A stretch of DNA of 64,000 nucleotides, taken from the IMG/VR virus record IMGVR_UViG_3300045988_150172. One strand, written 5' to 3'. Source of the DNA: a virus. This document shows positions 43,573-52,229 of this stretch, one piece after another (the stretch's first letter is position 1; every line of letters starts with the position of its first letter). A model generated the notes under the pieces. That model searched no databases, was not told where the DNA came from, and worked only from the letters and a program-made list of their open reading frames with translations. The position numbers and the translations under genes were made by a program.

Positions 43573-43971
43573 ATGGCAAATATAAACGAAAGAATGGACG
43601 AAGCAGAGGTTCTGCTTGCAAAACTTCAGGATCTGCATGACAGGTTCACCATGGACGGCTCTCCGTCCAATCAGATACCAGCCTTGGTCGGAGCGATGAT
43701 GGTAGTTCTAACAAATGTTGCATTCCCACGTGATCCGTCAGCCGCTGACGTGGCGGAGTTCCCTGCTCGGCTGCTTGACATGAATGCCGTATGGGAGGAG
43801 TTTGTCAGGAATCACAGGGACGCCAGCATCTACAGCGGTGATCTCTTCAGGAAGTGGGTATGGGGGCTGTACCGCCAGCACAGGAAGACAAGAATGGGTC
43901 TGTGGAAGATACTGGGCTGGGAAGAGTTTAATACTGATGAAGACGAGGTAAAGGATGAAGAAGATTCTTAA
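43573..43971 (+). CDS. hypothetical protein
   Basis: ORF track. Confidence 0.55.
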   Translation: MANINERMDEAEVLLAKLQDLHDRFTMDGSPSNQIPALVGAMMVVLTNVAFPRDPSAADVAEFPARLLDMNAVWEEFVRNHRDASIYSGDLFRKWVWGLYRQHRKTRMGLWKILGWEEFNTDEDEVKDEEDS

Positions 43972-44037
43972 AAAGCCTTTAAGGAGGGTCATGACCGTTA
44001 CCCCTATGCCGGAACGTTTGCTGGAGAGCTGTTTGGA

Positions 44038-44280
44038 ATGACCCCTGATGACTATCGTCTTGATGGGTGGAGGGCTGCTGTTTCATATACAGTTGAAGCC
44101 ACGCTTCAGCACGTTAAGAGCACGCTGGAAGCAAATATGAAGAAGTGCAACGCTGGAGAAGTCTATGGTGCTGTCTATGGTGCAGGATACCACAAGGCTG
44201 TAAATGATGTCATCAGCCTAATAGATAATATGTTGAACAGTCTTAACAAGGAACATGAAAATGATACCAAAATGGATTAG
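44038..44280 (+). CDS. hypothetical protein
   Basis: ORF track. Confidence 0.45.
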   Translation: MTPDDYRLDGWRAAVSYTVEATLQHVKSTLEANMKKCNAGEVYGAVYGAGYHKAVNDVISLIDNMLNSLNKEHENDTKMD

Positions 44281-44476
44281 ATCAGTAATTATCTTCACCT
44301 GTGTATTCAATCTGCTAGCCTGCATACTTAATGCTATGGATGGATGCTGGGTTGATGCATGGTATGAACTTCAGATTTTCTTGGTTTGGGGGCTTTTATT
44401 CCTGTATGATAAAAGGGTGGAAGTCGTTATAAAACATCATAGGGATGAAAGGCAGAACAGCACTGAAAATCATTAG
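44255..44476 (+). CDS. small membrane protein
   Basis: Two hydrophobic segments, VIIFTCVFNLLACIL and IFLVWGLLFLY. Confidence 0.45.
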   Translation: MKMIPKWIRSVIIFTCVFNLLACILNAMDGCWVDAWYELQIFLVWGLLFLYDKRVEVVIKHHRDERQNSTENH

Positions 44477-44678
44477 AAGCATTCAGGAGCATCCTGAACT
44501 TCTACGACACTATCCACGTCACACCGTGAAACTGGCAGTGTCCACCGTGTATCGTGGACGGAGGCTTGCATCGTGGATAAGGTCACACGCACGAATTCGA
44601 TTTGCTGACAGGACGGCAGTGAAGATGCCCGACAGGACGCACGCCTTTATGCTAAACGAAGATTTTGATAGACTATGA
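44445..44678 (+). CDS. hypothetical Arg-rich protein
   Basis: ORF track. Confidence 0.4.
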   Translation: MKGRTALKIIRSIQEHPELLRHYPRHTVKLAVSTVYRGRRLASWIRSHARIRFADRTAVKMPDRTHAFMLNEDFDRL

Positions 44679-44905
44679 ATGCAAGGCAGATACGACAGGC
44701 CAGACGAATGATCTCTGGCAAGGGGTACTACAATATGAGAATAATGCAGCACAGGAACACCCTCAGACACCTATGTCTTGACTTTGACACCTGTGTGCGA
44801 GACGCTGGCGGCACGGAAAATCTTCCTCCACATGTGTGCATGCTCTTCGTCAGGAACTACGCCTGCATCAAACGTAGGATTGCATGGTACGAATCCAGAC
44901 GATGA
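44675..44905 (+). CDS. hypothetical Arg-rich protein
   Basis: ORF track. Confidence 0.4.
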   Translation: MNARQIRQARRMISGKGYYNMRIMQHRNTLRHLCLDFDTCVRDAGGTENLPPHVCMLFVRNYACIKRRIAWYESRR

Positions 44906-44973
44906 CACGTTATATAAATGGAAGAATGTCTTATTTGATTTTATGATTACTATATTGCGCTATGTTTGCGTCT

Positions 44974-45012
44974 GGACAGGGTTGCAGTGATGCACCCCTG
45001 TCCTTCTTTTTA
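44974..45012 (+). terminator. rho-independent terminator
   Basis: GGACAGGG-loop-CCCTGTCC followed by TTCTTTTTA. Confidence 0.65.
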
Positions 45013-45040
45013 TGAAATATTTTTAGAAGATTCCTAGAAT

Positions 45041-45097
45041 ATTTCTTGGATATCTCAAGAAGCAGCCCCAACTTTGCCCCTGTAATCATTAAAAATC
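45041..45097 (+). promoter_or_regulatory. promoter cassette (CCCCAACTTTG subclass) with leader
   Basis: TTCTTGGATATCTCAAGAA, then CCCCAACTTTG, then GTAATCATTAAAAATCA. ATG at 45105. Confidence 0.55.
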
Positions 45098-45104
45098 ATG
45101 CATT

Positions 45105-45413
45105 ATGTCAAAGTCAAAGTACATCTGTGTTAGAAATCATCACAACGGTCGCACGACACTCTGGTGCGGCACACTTCAGTCTCTCATTCGTGACGTATTC
45201 GGTTATACTCTTGCATGCGGTCACAGCTGGAGGTCATCCATAAGCGAAAATCCAAGAGGACTAAAGTCTCTCGTACTCTCCCTGAACAAGTCCTATGAGG
45301 TCTGCAATAGATGGTCAGACTGGGCAGAGGAGGGCAGCTATGAGGAGTTCATGGCAGCAGGAGGGGTGATCAAGGAGGGTGAGGAGAATGGATATGTAAC
45401 ACTTGTAGACTAG
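45105..45413 (+). CDS. hypothetical protein
   Basis: ORF track. First ATG after the cassette. Confidence 0.55.
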   Translation: MSKSKYICVRNHHNGRTTLWCGTLQSLIRDVFGYTLACGHSWRSSISENPRGLKSLVLSLNKSYEVCNRWSDWAEEGSYEEFMAAGGVIKEGEENGYVTLVD

Positions 45414-45427
45414 GAGGAACACACACT

Positions 45428-45769
45428 ATGGAACAGAAAGTTAACTTCAACACCCCTGCATGGGGCATTCAGGAAATTACAGGCTACGAGCCCAGGACAA
45501 CATTCTGGCAGGACTTCAGCATAGCTGACAGCCTTGGAGCCAGTGCCATCATGGACACCTATAATAGATCCTTTAACGCATGGAAGGATAACTATGAATA
45601 CCTCACGGAGCTGGTCATGGTTCTGAACTGGAAGTGCTGGTACTGGTATGATCAGGGTAATGAGAATAGATCAAGGTTCTACAGCGAACTCTTCTATCGC
45701 GCTAGGGACTACGCACTGGAGAACCTCATGGGTGAAGAGCTACATTATTTCTTGAAAACTACAGATTAG
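45428..45769 (+). CDS. hypothetical protein
   Basis: ORF track. Confidence 0.55.
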   Translation: MEQKVNFNTPAWGIQEITGYEPRTTFWQDFSIADSLGASAIMDTYNRSFNAWKDNYEYLTELVMVLNWKCWYWYDQGNENRSRFYSELFYRARDYALENLMGEELHYFLKTTD

Positions 45770-45826
45770 TCCTTGGATATTCAAGAAAGATAATTACCTT
45801 TGCAGCAGTTAATCATAAAAATCATC
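45770..45826 (+). promoter_or_regulatory. promoter cassette with leader variant
   Basis: TCCTTGGATATTCAAGAAAG, then TACCTTTG at 45795-45802, then GTTAATCATAAAAATCA. ATG at 45833. Confidence 0.55.
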
Positions 45827-45832
45827 TACATC

Positions 45833-47326
45833 ATGGGATTTACACCGAGCAAATATCAGCAGCGTATCTACGACTTCATCGAAAGGGGTTCAGGCAATGC
45901 AGTCATCAATGCGGTCGCGGGAAGCGGCAAGACAACGACCCTTATCAGTCTTCTGGAACGTGTTCCAGCCACCAGCAGGGTTCTCTTCCTCGCATTTAAC
46001 AAGTCCATCGTGGAGGAGCTTAAGATAAAGACCTCCCGATTCAGCAACGTGGACGTCAGGACGCTTCACTCGCTTGGGTGCTCCGCACTTCGCAAGCAGA
46101 TATCCACCATCGGTGACATCAACAGCAGCAAGTATCGCCAGTATGTCAACGAGCAGCTGAAGTCCGGTGCATACGCACCCACACGGGAGCTGTCTCTGGA
46201 GGAGAAGTCAGAATACAGATCCAACATCATCGATCTCATCGATCTTGCACGCGTCAACCTGTGTCAGTCCGCACAGGACATCGTCAATGTGGCTTACAAG
46301 CACGGCATCTTCCTGTACGACAACGAGGTTCAGCTTGTCATGAATGCGATCGTGTGGGGTCGTAGCGAAAGCGGCCTGTCCACCATTGACTTCACGGACA
46401 TGGTCTATCTTCCGTGCTACCTCAAGGACATCAGGTTCTTCAAGTATGACCTTGTTCTCATTGACGAGTGTCAGGACTTGAATGCGGCACAGAGAACCCT
46501 GTTCCTGAAGACCATCAAGCGCAATGGACGCTTTGTGGCGGTAGGTGATCCACGTCAGGCCATCTACGGCTTTGCAGGTGCGGACGTGGAGTCCTTTAGG
46601 CTTCTCACCAAGCTCCCTAACACGGTGGAGCTTCCGCTGTCCGTATGCTATCGCTGTGACATGGACATCATCAAGAGGGCACAGGCTGAGGTTCCACAGA
46701 TTGAATGGAGGGAGGGTGCTGGTGCTGGCACTGTGAATGATTCCGCAAAGGTTGCTGACATTCAGGACGGTGACATGGTTCTATGCCGTCTTTCAGCTCC
46801 TCTGGTGGCACTCTGCATCAAGTACATCGGCGAGGGTGTCAAGGCCTACATCAAGGGTCGTGACATCGGTGTCAATCTCATCAACATGCTCAAGAAGACC
46901 AACAGGGTTTGCATCAAGGACGCGCTCAAGGTCATGAACAGGGAGCTTGTTCGCGTTCAGGCTGAAATCGTAAAGACCACTGGAATGTCTCCTGAGGAAG
47001 CCGTCCAGCACACGTCCTACGTCCTCTATGCTGACAAGATCAAGGCTATTGAGGTCATCAGCGAGGGTCTCACCAAGGTTGAGGACGTCTGCGACCGCAT
47101 CAACGCAATCTTCAGTGACGAGAGCAAGCAGGGAATCTGTCTCAGCACCGTCCACAAGTCCAAGGGGCTTGAAAGCGACAGGGTGTTCATTCTGTGTCCG
47201 GACAAGTTCCTTCTGAAAAGAGCCATGCAGATAGACTGGATGGCTGAACAGGAGCACAATCTCATCTACGTTGCCTACACAAGAGCGAAGCACTATCTTG
47301 GCTTCGTAACCGACTTCAAAATCTAA
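45833..47326 (+). CDS. UvrD/PcrA-like SF1 helicase (copy 2)
   Basis: AVAGSGKTT, IDECQD, VGDPRQAIYGFAGA, CYRC, TVHKSKGLESDRVF and VAYTRAKHYL. The start is set at the first ATG after the cassette. Confidence 0.85.
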   Translation: MGFTPSKYQQRIYDFIERGSGNAVINAVAGSGKTTTLISLLERVPATSRVLFLAFNKSIVEELKIKTSRFSNVDVRTLHSLGCSALRKQISTIGDINSSKYRQYVNEQLKSGAYAPTRELSLEEKSEYRSNIIDLIDLARVNLCQSAQDIVNVAYKHGIFLYDNEVQLVMNAIVWGRSESGLSTIDFTDMVYLPCYLKDIRFFKYDLVLIDECQDLNAAQRTLFLKTIKRNGRFVAVGDPRQAIYGFAGADVESFRLLTKLPNTVELPLSVCYRCDMDIIKRAQAEVPQIEWREGAGAGTVNDSAKVADIQDGDMVLCRLSAPLVALCIKYIGEGVKAYIKGRDIGVNLINMLKKTNRVCIKDALKVMNRELVRVQAEIVKTTGMSPEEAVQHTSYVLYADKIKAIEVISEGLTKVEDVCDRINAIFSDESKQGICLSTVHKSKGLESDRVFILCPDKFLLKRAMQIDWMAEQEHNLIYVAYTRAKHYLGFVTDFKI

Positions 47327-47335
47327 TTCCAGGAA

Positions 47336-47372
47336 CAGTTCCTTGGATATCCAAGGAACTGCCTTATATTTG
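47336..47372 (+). promoter_or_regulatory. promoter cassette with perfect 26-bp palindrome
   Basis: CAGTTCCTTGGATATCCAAGGAACTG (47336-47361), then TATATTTG (47365-47372). ATG at 47395. Confidence 0.6.
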
Positions 47373-47394
47373 CACGCATAAAAATACACACGAT

Positions 47395-47865
47395 ATGACA
47401 AAAGAACTTACAATCACTCTAGACGGCTGGACAGGAAGCTACAATGTAGCTGAAATAACGGCCAATGAGGACGGAACGGTGACGCTTCGATGCACACCTC
47501 AGGACAGGAGGGCAACAGTCGCCCAGAAGCCGGAAAACTCGGCAGATGCACAGAAATCCTATATTCGTTCCTACATGAACTGTTCAGGGCTTGTACGCCT
47601 GTTCATGAACGGCAGAATGATCACGGCAGCTGTCACACACTGCACCGACAAGGCCGTAAGGGTGCTGAATCTCGAACTTGGTGCTGCATGGATTCCAAAG
47701 AATGTTCTTAGATGGTCAGAGGTGGCCGGAATGCTCTGTGTGGTGGACATGGACTACTATCCAGACTTTACGGATAGAATAAGCCCATCCATGTCAGAGT
47801 ATCCAGCATTCTTCAATGCCGAGGAGCTCTATGACAGGGAATTCGCTCACAATATGTACCTTTGA
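47395..47865 (+). CDS. hypothetical protein
   Basis: ORF track. Confidence 0.55.
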   Translation: MTKELTITLDGWTGSYNVAEITANEDGTVTLRCTPQDRRATVAQKPENSADAQKSYIRSYMNCSGLVRLFMNGRMITAAVTHCTDKAVRVLNLELGAAWIPKNVLRWSEVAGMLCVVDMDYYPDFTDRISPSMSEYPAFFNAEELYDREFAHNMYL

Positions 47866-47891
47866 GGTCGCAAAACCACATAATAGGAGAT

Positions 47892-48050
47892 ATGGAAAAC
47901 ATGATAGATAGAATGCTTCTATGGCTTACAAGTCTAAATCTTGTGGACAGGATGATTGCCGTAACAGCGATCATGCTTGGAGCGGCCTTTACTGGAGCAC
48001 TTATAGCTCTAACTCTAATGGGAATTCTATGTCTAATTGCAAATTGCTAA
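47892..48050 (+). CDS. small transmembrane protein (holin candidate)
   Basis: MIAVTAIMLGAAFTGALIALTLMGILCLI. Lies immediately upstream of the lysin. The first ATG is at 47892. Confidence 0.4.
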   Translation: MENMIDRMLLWLTSLNLVDRMIAVTAIMLGAAFTGALIALTLMGILCLIANC

Positions 48051-48066
48051 CAAAATAAAAACGATT

Positions 48067-48585
48067 ATGAACGAGAAAATTTTTTGGCCTGTTAAGCCTG
48101 TTACGATTTTTTGGATTCTTTTAGTGATTGCAGGTGTAACAATAACAGCAATATCCTTTACAGGCAATCATGAATCTAACAATGATGAAGCTATAAACCA
48201 CCTCAATGACTCCACCAGCAAAAGCGAACTAATGGAGTCAGTGTATGACAGGATATTTCAGCTTCGACTGGAGCATCCGGACATTGTCATGGCTCAATGC
48301 ATACTGGAGAGCGGTGAATTCACGTCCGACATCTTTGTAAACGGAAACAACTGTCTAGGCATGAAAGTTCCAGGACAGCGTCCAACCTTTGCAGTGGGGG
48401 TATATCGCAACCACGCAAGATTCAGGTCATGGCACGACTGCATCGCTGACTACGCTCTGTGGCAGAGTGCCTACGGTCGCGGTCTTTCAGATGACGCCTA
48501 TCTTGCCCTACTGGATAGAATATATGCAGAGGACGGATCCTATGCAGCCAAGCTAAAGTCAATCATTCGTAAATATGAACTGTAG
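48067..48585 (+). CDS. glucosaminidase-domain endolysin with N-terminal membrane anchor
   Basis: N-terminal TM segment IFWILLVIAGVTITAISF. AQCILESGEFTSDIFVNGNNCLGMK...FRSWHDCIADYALW resembles the FlgJ/LytD-type glucosaminidase domain. Confidence 0.65.
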   Translation: MNEKIFWPVKPVTIFWILLVIAGVTITAISFTGNHESNNDEAINHLNDSTSKSELMESVYDRIFQLRLEHPDIVMAQCILESGEFTSDIFVNGNNCLGMKVPGQRPTFAVGVYRNHARFRSWHDCIADYALWQSAYGRGLSDDAYLALLDRIYAEDGSYAAKLKSIIRKYEL

Positions 48586-48587
48586 TC

Positions 48588-48743
48588 ATGTGGAAGATAG
48601 TTAAGTCAAGAACGGACAGGGACGCTGAATTCTTTAGGCAGATGGAGGCACAGGGGTGGAAGCTGAAGTCAGTCCTCTATTCCTGCATGGATGGAATGTA
48701 TCACTATATCTTTAGAAGAAACGAAGAAGATGATGAATTATAG
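48588..48743 (+). CDS. small hypothetical ORF (51 aa)
   Basis: Hand translation gives MWKIVKSRTDRDAEFFRQMEAQGWKLKSVLYSCMDGMYHYIFRR... Below the track cutoff. Confidence 0.3.
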   Translation: MWKIVKSRTDRDAEFFRQMEAQGWKLKSVLYSCMDGMYHYIFRRNEEDDEL

Positions 48744-49101
48744 GCTGCACCCACACTGTGTCGTAACACCAAACAACGTTACAATAATTTTATACTATAT
48801 AACAAGAGTGCTGAACATGCCTGTATTCCTGAATACGGAATTAGGCATATTCTGTACGCCGAGGTGGTGGCAATGGATTCGTGACAGCAACCTACCCCCA
48901 TCCATTGCGATGCTTATGCACGGTACGCTGAAGGAGGAATACGGTCTCAAGATGGAAGGATGCGGCAGCACAGTGAGCATTTCGCTTGACGATGAGTCAG
49001 CGCTGCTCATGGAGCAATGGCTCAAGGGGTGGAAGGATCAATGCCCTCGACGGTCATACAGCCAGCACAGCAGGGTATTTTCAGTATTTACATTCAGCTA
49101 G
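48730..49101 (+). CDS. hypothetical protein
   Basis: Track ORF 48691. A start at 48730 (MMNYRL) avoids a long overlap. Confidence 0.4.
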   Translation: MMNYRLHPHCVVTPNNVTIILYYITRVLNMPVFLNTELGIFCTPRWWQWIRDSNLPPSIAMLMHGTLKEEYGLKMEGCGSTVSISLDDESALLMEQWLKGWKDQCPRRSYSQHSRVFSVFTFS

Positions 49102-49140
49102 GAAATATTCGTGGATATTTCTTGACTGCACGTTATAATT
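49101..49140 (+). promoter_or_regulatory. degenerate promoter cassette
   Basis: GGAAATATTCGTGGATATTTCTTG, then TATAATTC. ATG at 49164. Confidence 0.35.
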
Positions 49141-49163
49141 CAATAATAAAACATTGAAAAGTT

Positions 49164-49493
49164 ATGAGACAGTCAGAATTATGCAGGGAAATATCCAGGA
49201 GGGTGCTTGTCAAGCCCCTGCTGGTTAGGAAATGTCTAGAGACATTGAGTGACATTCTTAAAAGTACCGTTCTAGTTGATGGACAGGAGGTTGCAACACC
49301 CTTTGGCAAGTTTAATCGCAAGGTGATCCCCTCCAGAAAATGTCGCAACCCGAGAACAGGCACTTCGTATGTAACGGATGAGACACATGCTCTAGCATTT
49401 TCCACAAGAAAGAAGCTAAAGCTCCACAAGATGGAGGACGGCACATTTGCACCAATCCCGCCTAGAAAGAGAAAACCAGTAAAATCCAGATAG
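49164..49493 (+). CDS. HU/IHF-family DNA-binding protein
   Basis: FGKFNRKVIPSRKCRNPRTGTSYVTDETHALAFSTRKKLK matches the HU arm region (GFG.F..r.r.aR.gRNP.TG). Confidence 0.8.
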   Translation: MRQSELCREISRRVLVKPLLVRKCLETLSDILKSTVLVDGQEVATPFGKFNRKVIPSRKCRNPRTGTSYVTDETHALAFSTRKKLKLHKMEDGTFAPIPPRKRKPVKSR

Positions 49494-49495
49494 AT

Positions 49496-49972
49496 ATGGC
49501 AAGAAAGAAAGACGATCACTGGAGAATACAGTTCACGGTGAACAGAGAGGACACACTTGATCTACATGGGCACATAGACTTCATGAACAGGTGGTTTCAC
49601 GGTCTGATATGGTGTGACGGTACTTGGAACAAGCATTCAAACCTAATCATTGATCGTACAGGTACGGCCTACACGGCCGTTAAGGCCACGGCTCGTTCAC
49701 AGGGGCTTGACAAGCCCTATCCTAGGGATGAGGAGCTGTTGATATTCACCTCCACCCTAGCAACAGTCATTGTCAGAGCCAAGGACTTCTTCTCCCACGG
49801 GGGTAGGCTTGTCAACAGTGGCAGATACGGTGAAGGCCTTTGGAGCTCCTATGAGGAATACCTGAACGAATTTGCGCTGGCTTCATTTTCAGTGGACGAC
49901 TGGTATGACGCCTGCATTAAAAATTATATAACATTCATATATCATGAGAAAATGGATAAAACAGAGGTTTAA
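49496..49972 (+). CDS. hypothetical protein
   Basis: ORF track. Confidence 0.55.
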   Translation: MARKKDDHWRIQFTVNREDTLDLHGHIDFMNRWFHGLIWCDGTWNKHSNLIIDRTGTAYTAVKATARSQGLDKPYPRDEELLIFTSTLATVIVRAKDFFSHGGRLVNSGRYGEGLWSSYEEYLNEFALASFSVDDWYDACIKNYITFIYHEKMDKTEV

Positions 49973-50360
49973 GGGCTTCTTCGAGTGGGCTTTCAGTGAC
50001 GAGCTCTCCAGCATGAGAACCACCTGTGAGCAGCAGCAGAGGACAACCCTACAGATGAAGCATGAGATTGAAGAGCTACGCATTCTACAGAATGCCGTCA
50101 ACGTCTACAAGAAGAAGCTGGAATCCATGCTGGGCGGTATCAGCATTTCGGCTAACATTCCTCGAAAGGGAGAGAACTGGGCTGTCATATCAATTCAGGG
50201 GGAAAAGATTGACTACGTCAAGTTTATTGCCCTACCCAAGAATGACATGATTGCCATCAGCAAGTTTCTGGCACAGTTTGACCAGAGAGCACTGGAAACA
50301 AATCCAGCCAACTACGATCTTATAAACGGTAAAATCATTGAAATACAGAATAACAGATAA
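49944..50360 (+). CDS. hypothetical coiled-coil protein
   Basis: ORF track. Confidence 0.5.
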   Translation: MRKWIKQRFKGFFEWAFSDELSSMRTTCEQQQRTTLQMKHEIEELRILQNAVNVYKKKLESMLGGISISANIPRKGENWAVISIQGEKIDYVKFIALPKNDMIAISKFLAQFDQRALETNPANYDLINGKIIEIQNNR

Positions 50361-50372
50361 AAGAAGATCAAA

Positions 50373-51146
50373 ATGAAACTTTCAGAAAAGAGAATCGTGT
50401 TCGTCGACATGGACGACACCCTTATCAAGACAACATCGGGACAAACATTTCCACTTGGAGTCTATGACATGACGCTTCGGCTGGACGTCTTTGCAAAGAT
50501 AAAAATGATAGCTCCCAATGCCGTGTTCATCGTATCCAATCAGGGTGGAATAGAAGCTGGATTCGTCAATCCAACACTGTTCCAGCAGAAATTCATGTAT
50601 GTCATTGCATCACTTCAGGAATTCCTCGGACTGCACACCTTTGTGGCAGGAAAATTCTGCCCGACACAGGATGCAAAGTTTGAAGGTCGCAAACCTAATA
50701 CGGCAATGCTTACATCCATGCTTGATGAATTTGAACAGATCGTAGATCACAAGTTCACAAAGGATGACTGTGTGTATATCGGTGACACCCTTATTGACAC
50801 TGAAGAACTTACTGCAAGAAACTTTGGCTGTGACTTCGTGCCTGTGGAGACGCTCCCTACGATGAAGATAGACACACCCATGTATCGCGTGGTCTATAAA
50901 AAGGACTGCTCAGACTTTGACGGTAAAATTGTCACAAGGGCAGAAGCCACACAGGTAGTCAGGGAACACACCGATGACAAGGGTGAAACTGAACTGGACA
51001 TCGTTCCTAGCAAGTTCATTGCTCCAAAGCTGCCAGCTGCTCCACAGCCAGCAGAACCCGAAAAGGATTCCAAGCCCAAAGTCAAGCAGCAGGAAAAGAA
51101 GTCAAAGATAATAAAACTTCCTTTTGCCAAGAAGCCAAATAATTAG
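50373..51146 (+). CDS. HAD-IIIA-type phosphatase (PNK 3'-phosphatase/GmhB-like) with Pro/Lys-rich tail
   Basis: VFVDMDDTLIKT (DxDxT), VSNQGG, GRKPNTAM and IGDTLID. Confidence 0.7.
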   Translation: MKLSEKRIVFVDMDDTLIKTTSGQTFPLGVYDMTLRLDVFAKIKMIAPNAVFIVSNQGGIEAGFVNPTLFQQKFMYVIASLQEFLGLHTFVAGKFCPTQDAKFEGRKPNTAMLTSMLDEFEQIVDHKFTKDDCVYIGDTLIDTEELTARNFGCDFVPVETLPTMKIDTPMYRVVYKKDCSDFDGKIVTRAEATQVVREHTDDKGETELDIVPSKFIAPKLPAAPQPAEPEKDSKPKVKQQEKKSKIIKLPFAKKPNN

Positions 51147-51149
51147 ATT

Positions 51150-51176
51150 TTCGGGGATTATTCCCCGAATTTCTTA
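51150..51176 (+). terminator. rho-independent terminator
   Basis: TTCGGGGA-ttat-TCCCCGAA followed by TTTCTT. Confidence 0.65.
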
Positions 51177-51219
51177 TGAAATGCTGTTTATAACATAAAT
51201 AATAAAATTTTTAACAACT

Positions 51220-51909
51220 ATGTTTTTAGAAGCCACTTATAACTTCCTATTTAAGGAAATAAACAGTTCCTGTGGAAAAGTTAGAAGAACACGTATTCTG
51301 ATGGAAAACCCGAGCCGAAACAGCCTTAAGAAGAAAGCAAATGAAATCATCAATGATGCCCTGCATTTGGGGGTAAGGCTGGCTCTTATTGAAGCATACC
51401 CATCAGTGGACGACAGTCCAGAACTCCCAAGAATTTCACGTCACAGCAGGAATGACCACCTGTATAAGTACGAGATCATTCTGGGAAGCATTCATTCAGA
51501 AGAAATTACAAGAATTCCCATTATGGAATGCAGTGATTCGCCATACGTTCTAAATGAAAAGCGCATTGATGTCGTAGCCAAGGAATATATTCAGGATGAG
51601 ATTAGGCTGGGATATGAAATGCTTGGAATGACCTTTTTAGGCGAAGAACCCCTCCATACTGAACCTGTTAGTGAGGAGTCAATGGAAAAGTCTCGCAAAT
51701 CGGCTAAAAATGACAGACCGGACTATGTCTGGATTAAGATTAAGGACGGCAAGACACATAACGGCACGAACTGGATTCCTGCTATAAGGGTCTCTGAAAA
51801 TGAAGTCACATCCTTTGCAGGTCTTATGTTCACTGACACTCCCGAGGAGGATACACGTTCATTTACGGACTGCCCGATTCCTGGATACGTTATATCAGTT
51901 ATAAAGTAG
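51220..51909 (+). CDS. hypothetical protein
   Basis: ORF track. Confidence 0.55.
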   Translation: MFLEATYNFLFKEINSSCGKVRRTRILMENPSRNSLKKKANEIINDALHLGVRLALIEAYPSVDDSPELPRISRHSRNDHLYKYEIILGSIHSEEITRIPIMECSDSPYVLNEKRIDVVAKEYIQDEIRLGYEMLGMTFLGEEPLHTEPVSEESMEKSRKSAKNDRPDYVWIKIKDGKTHNGTNWIPAIRVSENEVTSFAGLMFTDTPEEDTRSFTDCPIPGYVISVIK

Positions 51910-51986
51910 CAATACTTGAAGAATTTGTTATTTCCATGTCAATCCTGACCGCTTGTGATAAGTCGTCAGGATTTCTTCATTATAGT

Positions 51987-52036
51987 CCTTGGATATTCCA
52001 GAAAGATAATTACCTTTGCCGTGTAATCATTAAATC
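51987..52036 (+). promoter_or_regulatory. promoter cassette with conserved leader
   Basis: TCCTTGGATATTCCAGAAAG, then TACCTTTG (52011-52018), then GTAATCATTAAATCA. A 34-nt stretch is identical to the cassette at 10474. Confidence 0.6.
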
Positions 52037-52046
52037 AATTCATGTT

Positions 52047-52229
52047 ATGAAAAAGTTTAGAATCACTTACAGCCAGCTCACTCCGATGGGTCTATCGTCA
52101 TCACACGTCTACACAAGAGAGGTATGGGCAAAGACAAGCCGTGGTGCACAGGGCATCTACAACAGGGAAATCAGGCAAAGCCAGGACAGTGCCTATGAGA
52201 CAACACTTCTAAACATAGAGGAGCTATGA
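52047..52229 (+). CDS. hypothetical protein (60 aa)
   Basis: The track ORF 51936 spans the cassette. The first ATG after the leader is at 52047 (MKKFRITY). Confidence 0.45.
   Translation: MKKFRITYSQLTPMGLSSSHVYTREVWAKTSRGAQGIYNREIRQSQDSAYETTLLNIEEL

Noticed and set aside
45046-45243. An apparent conserved peptide MDISR(I/S).PNFA.VIIK at the start of track ORFs 45046 and 39441.
   Set aside because: It is the promoter cassette (TTGGATAT...CCCCAACTTTGC...GTAATCATTAAA) read in one frame from a TTG. The real genes start at the first ATG after the leader (45105 and 39501).
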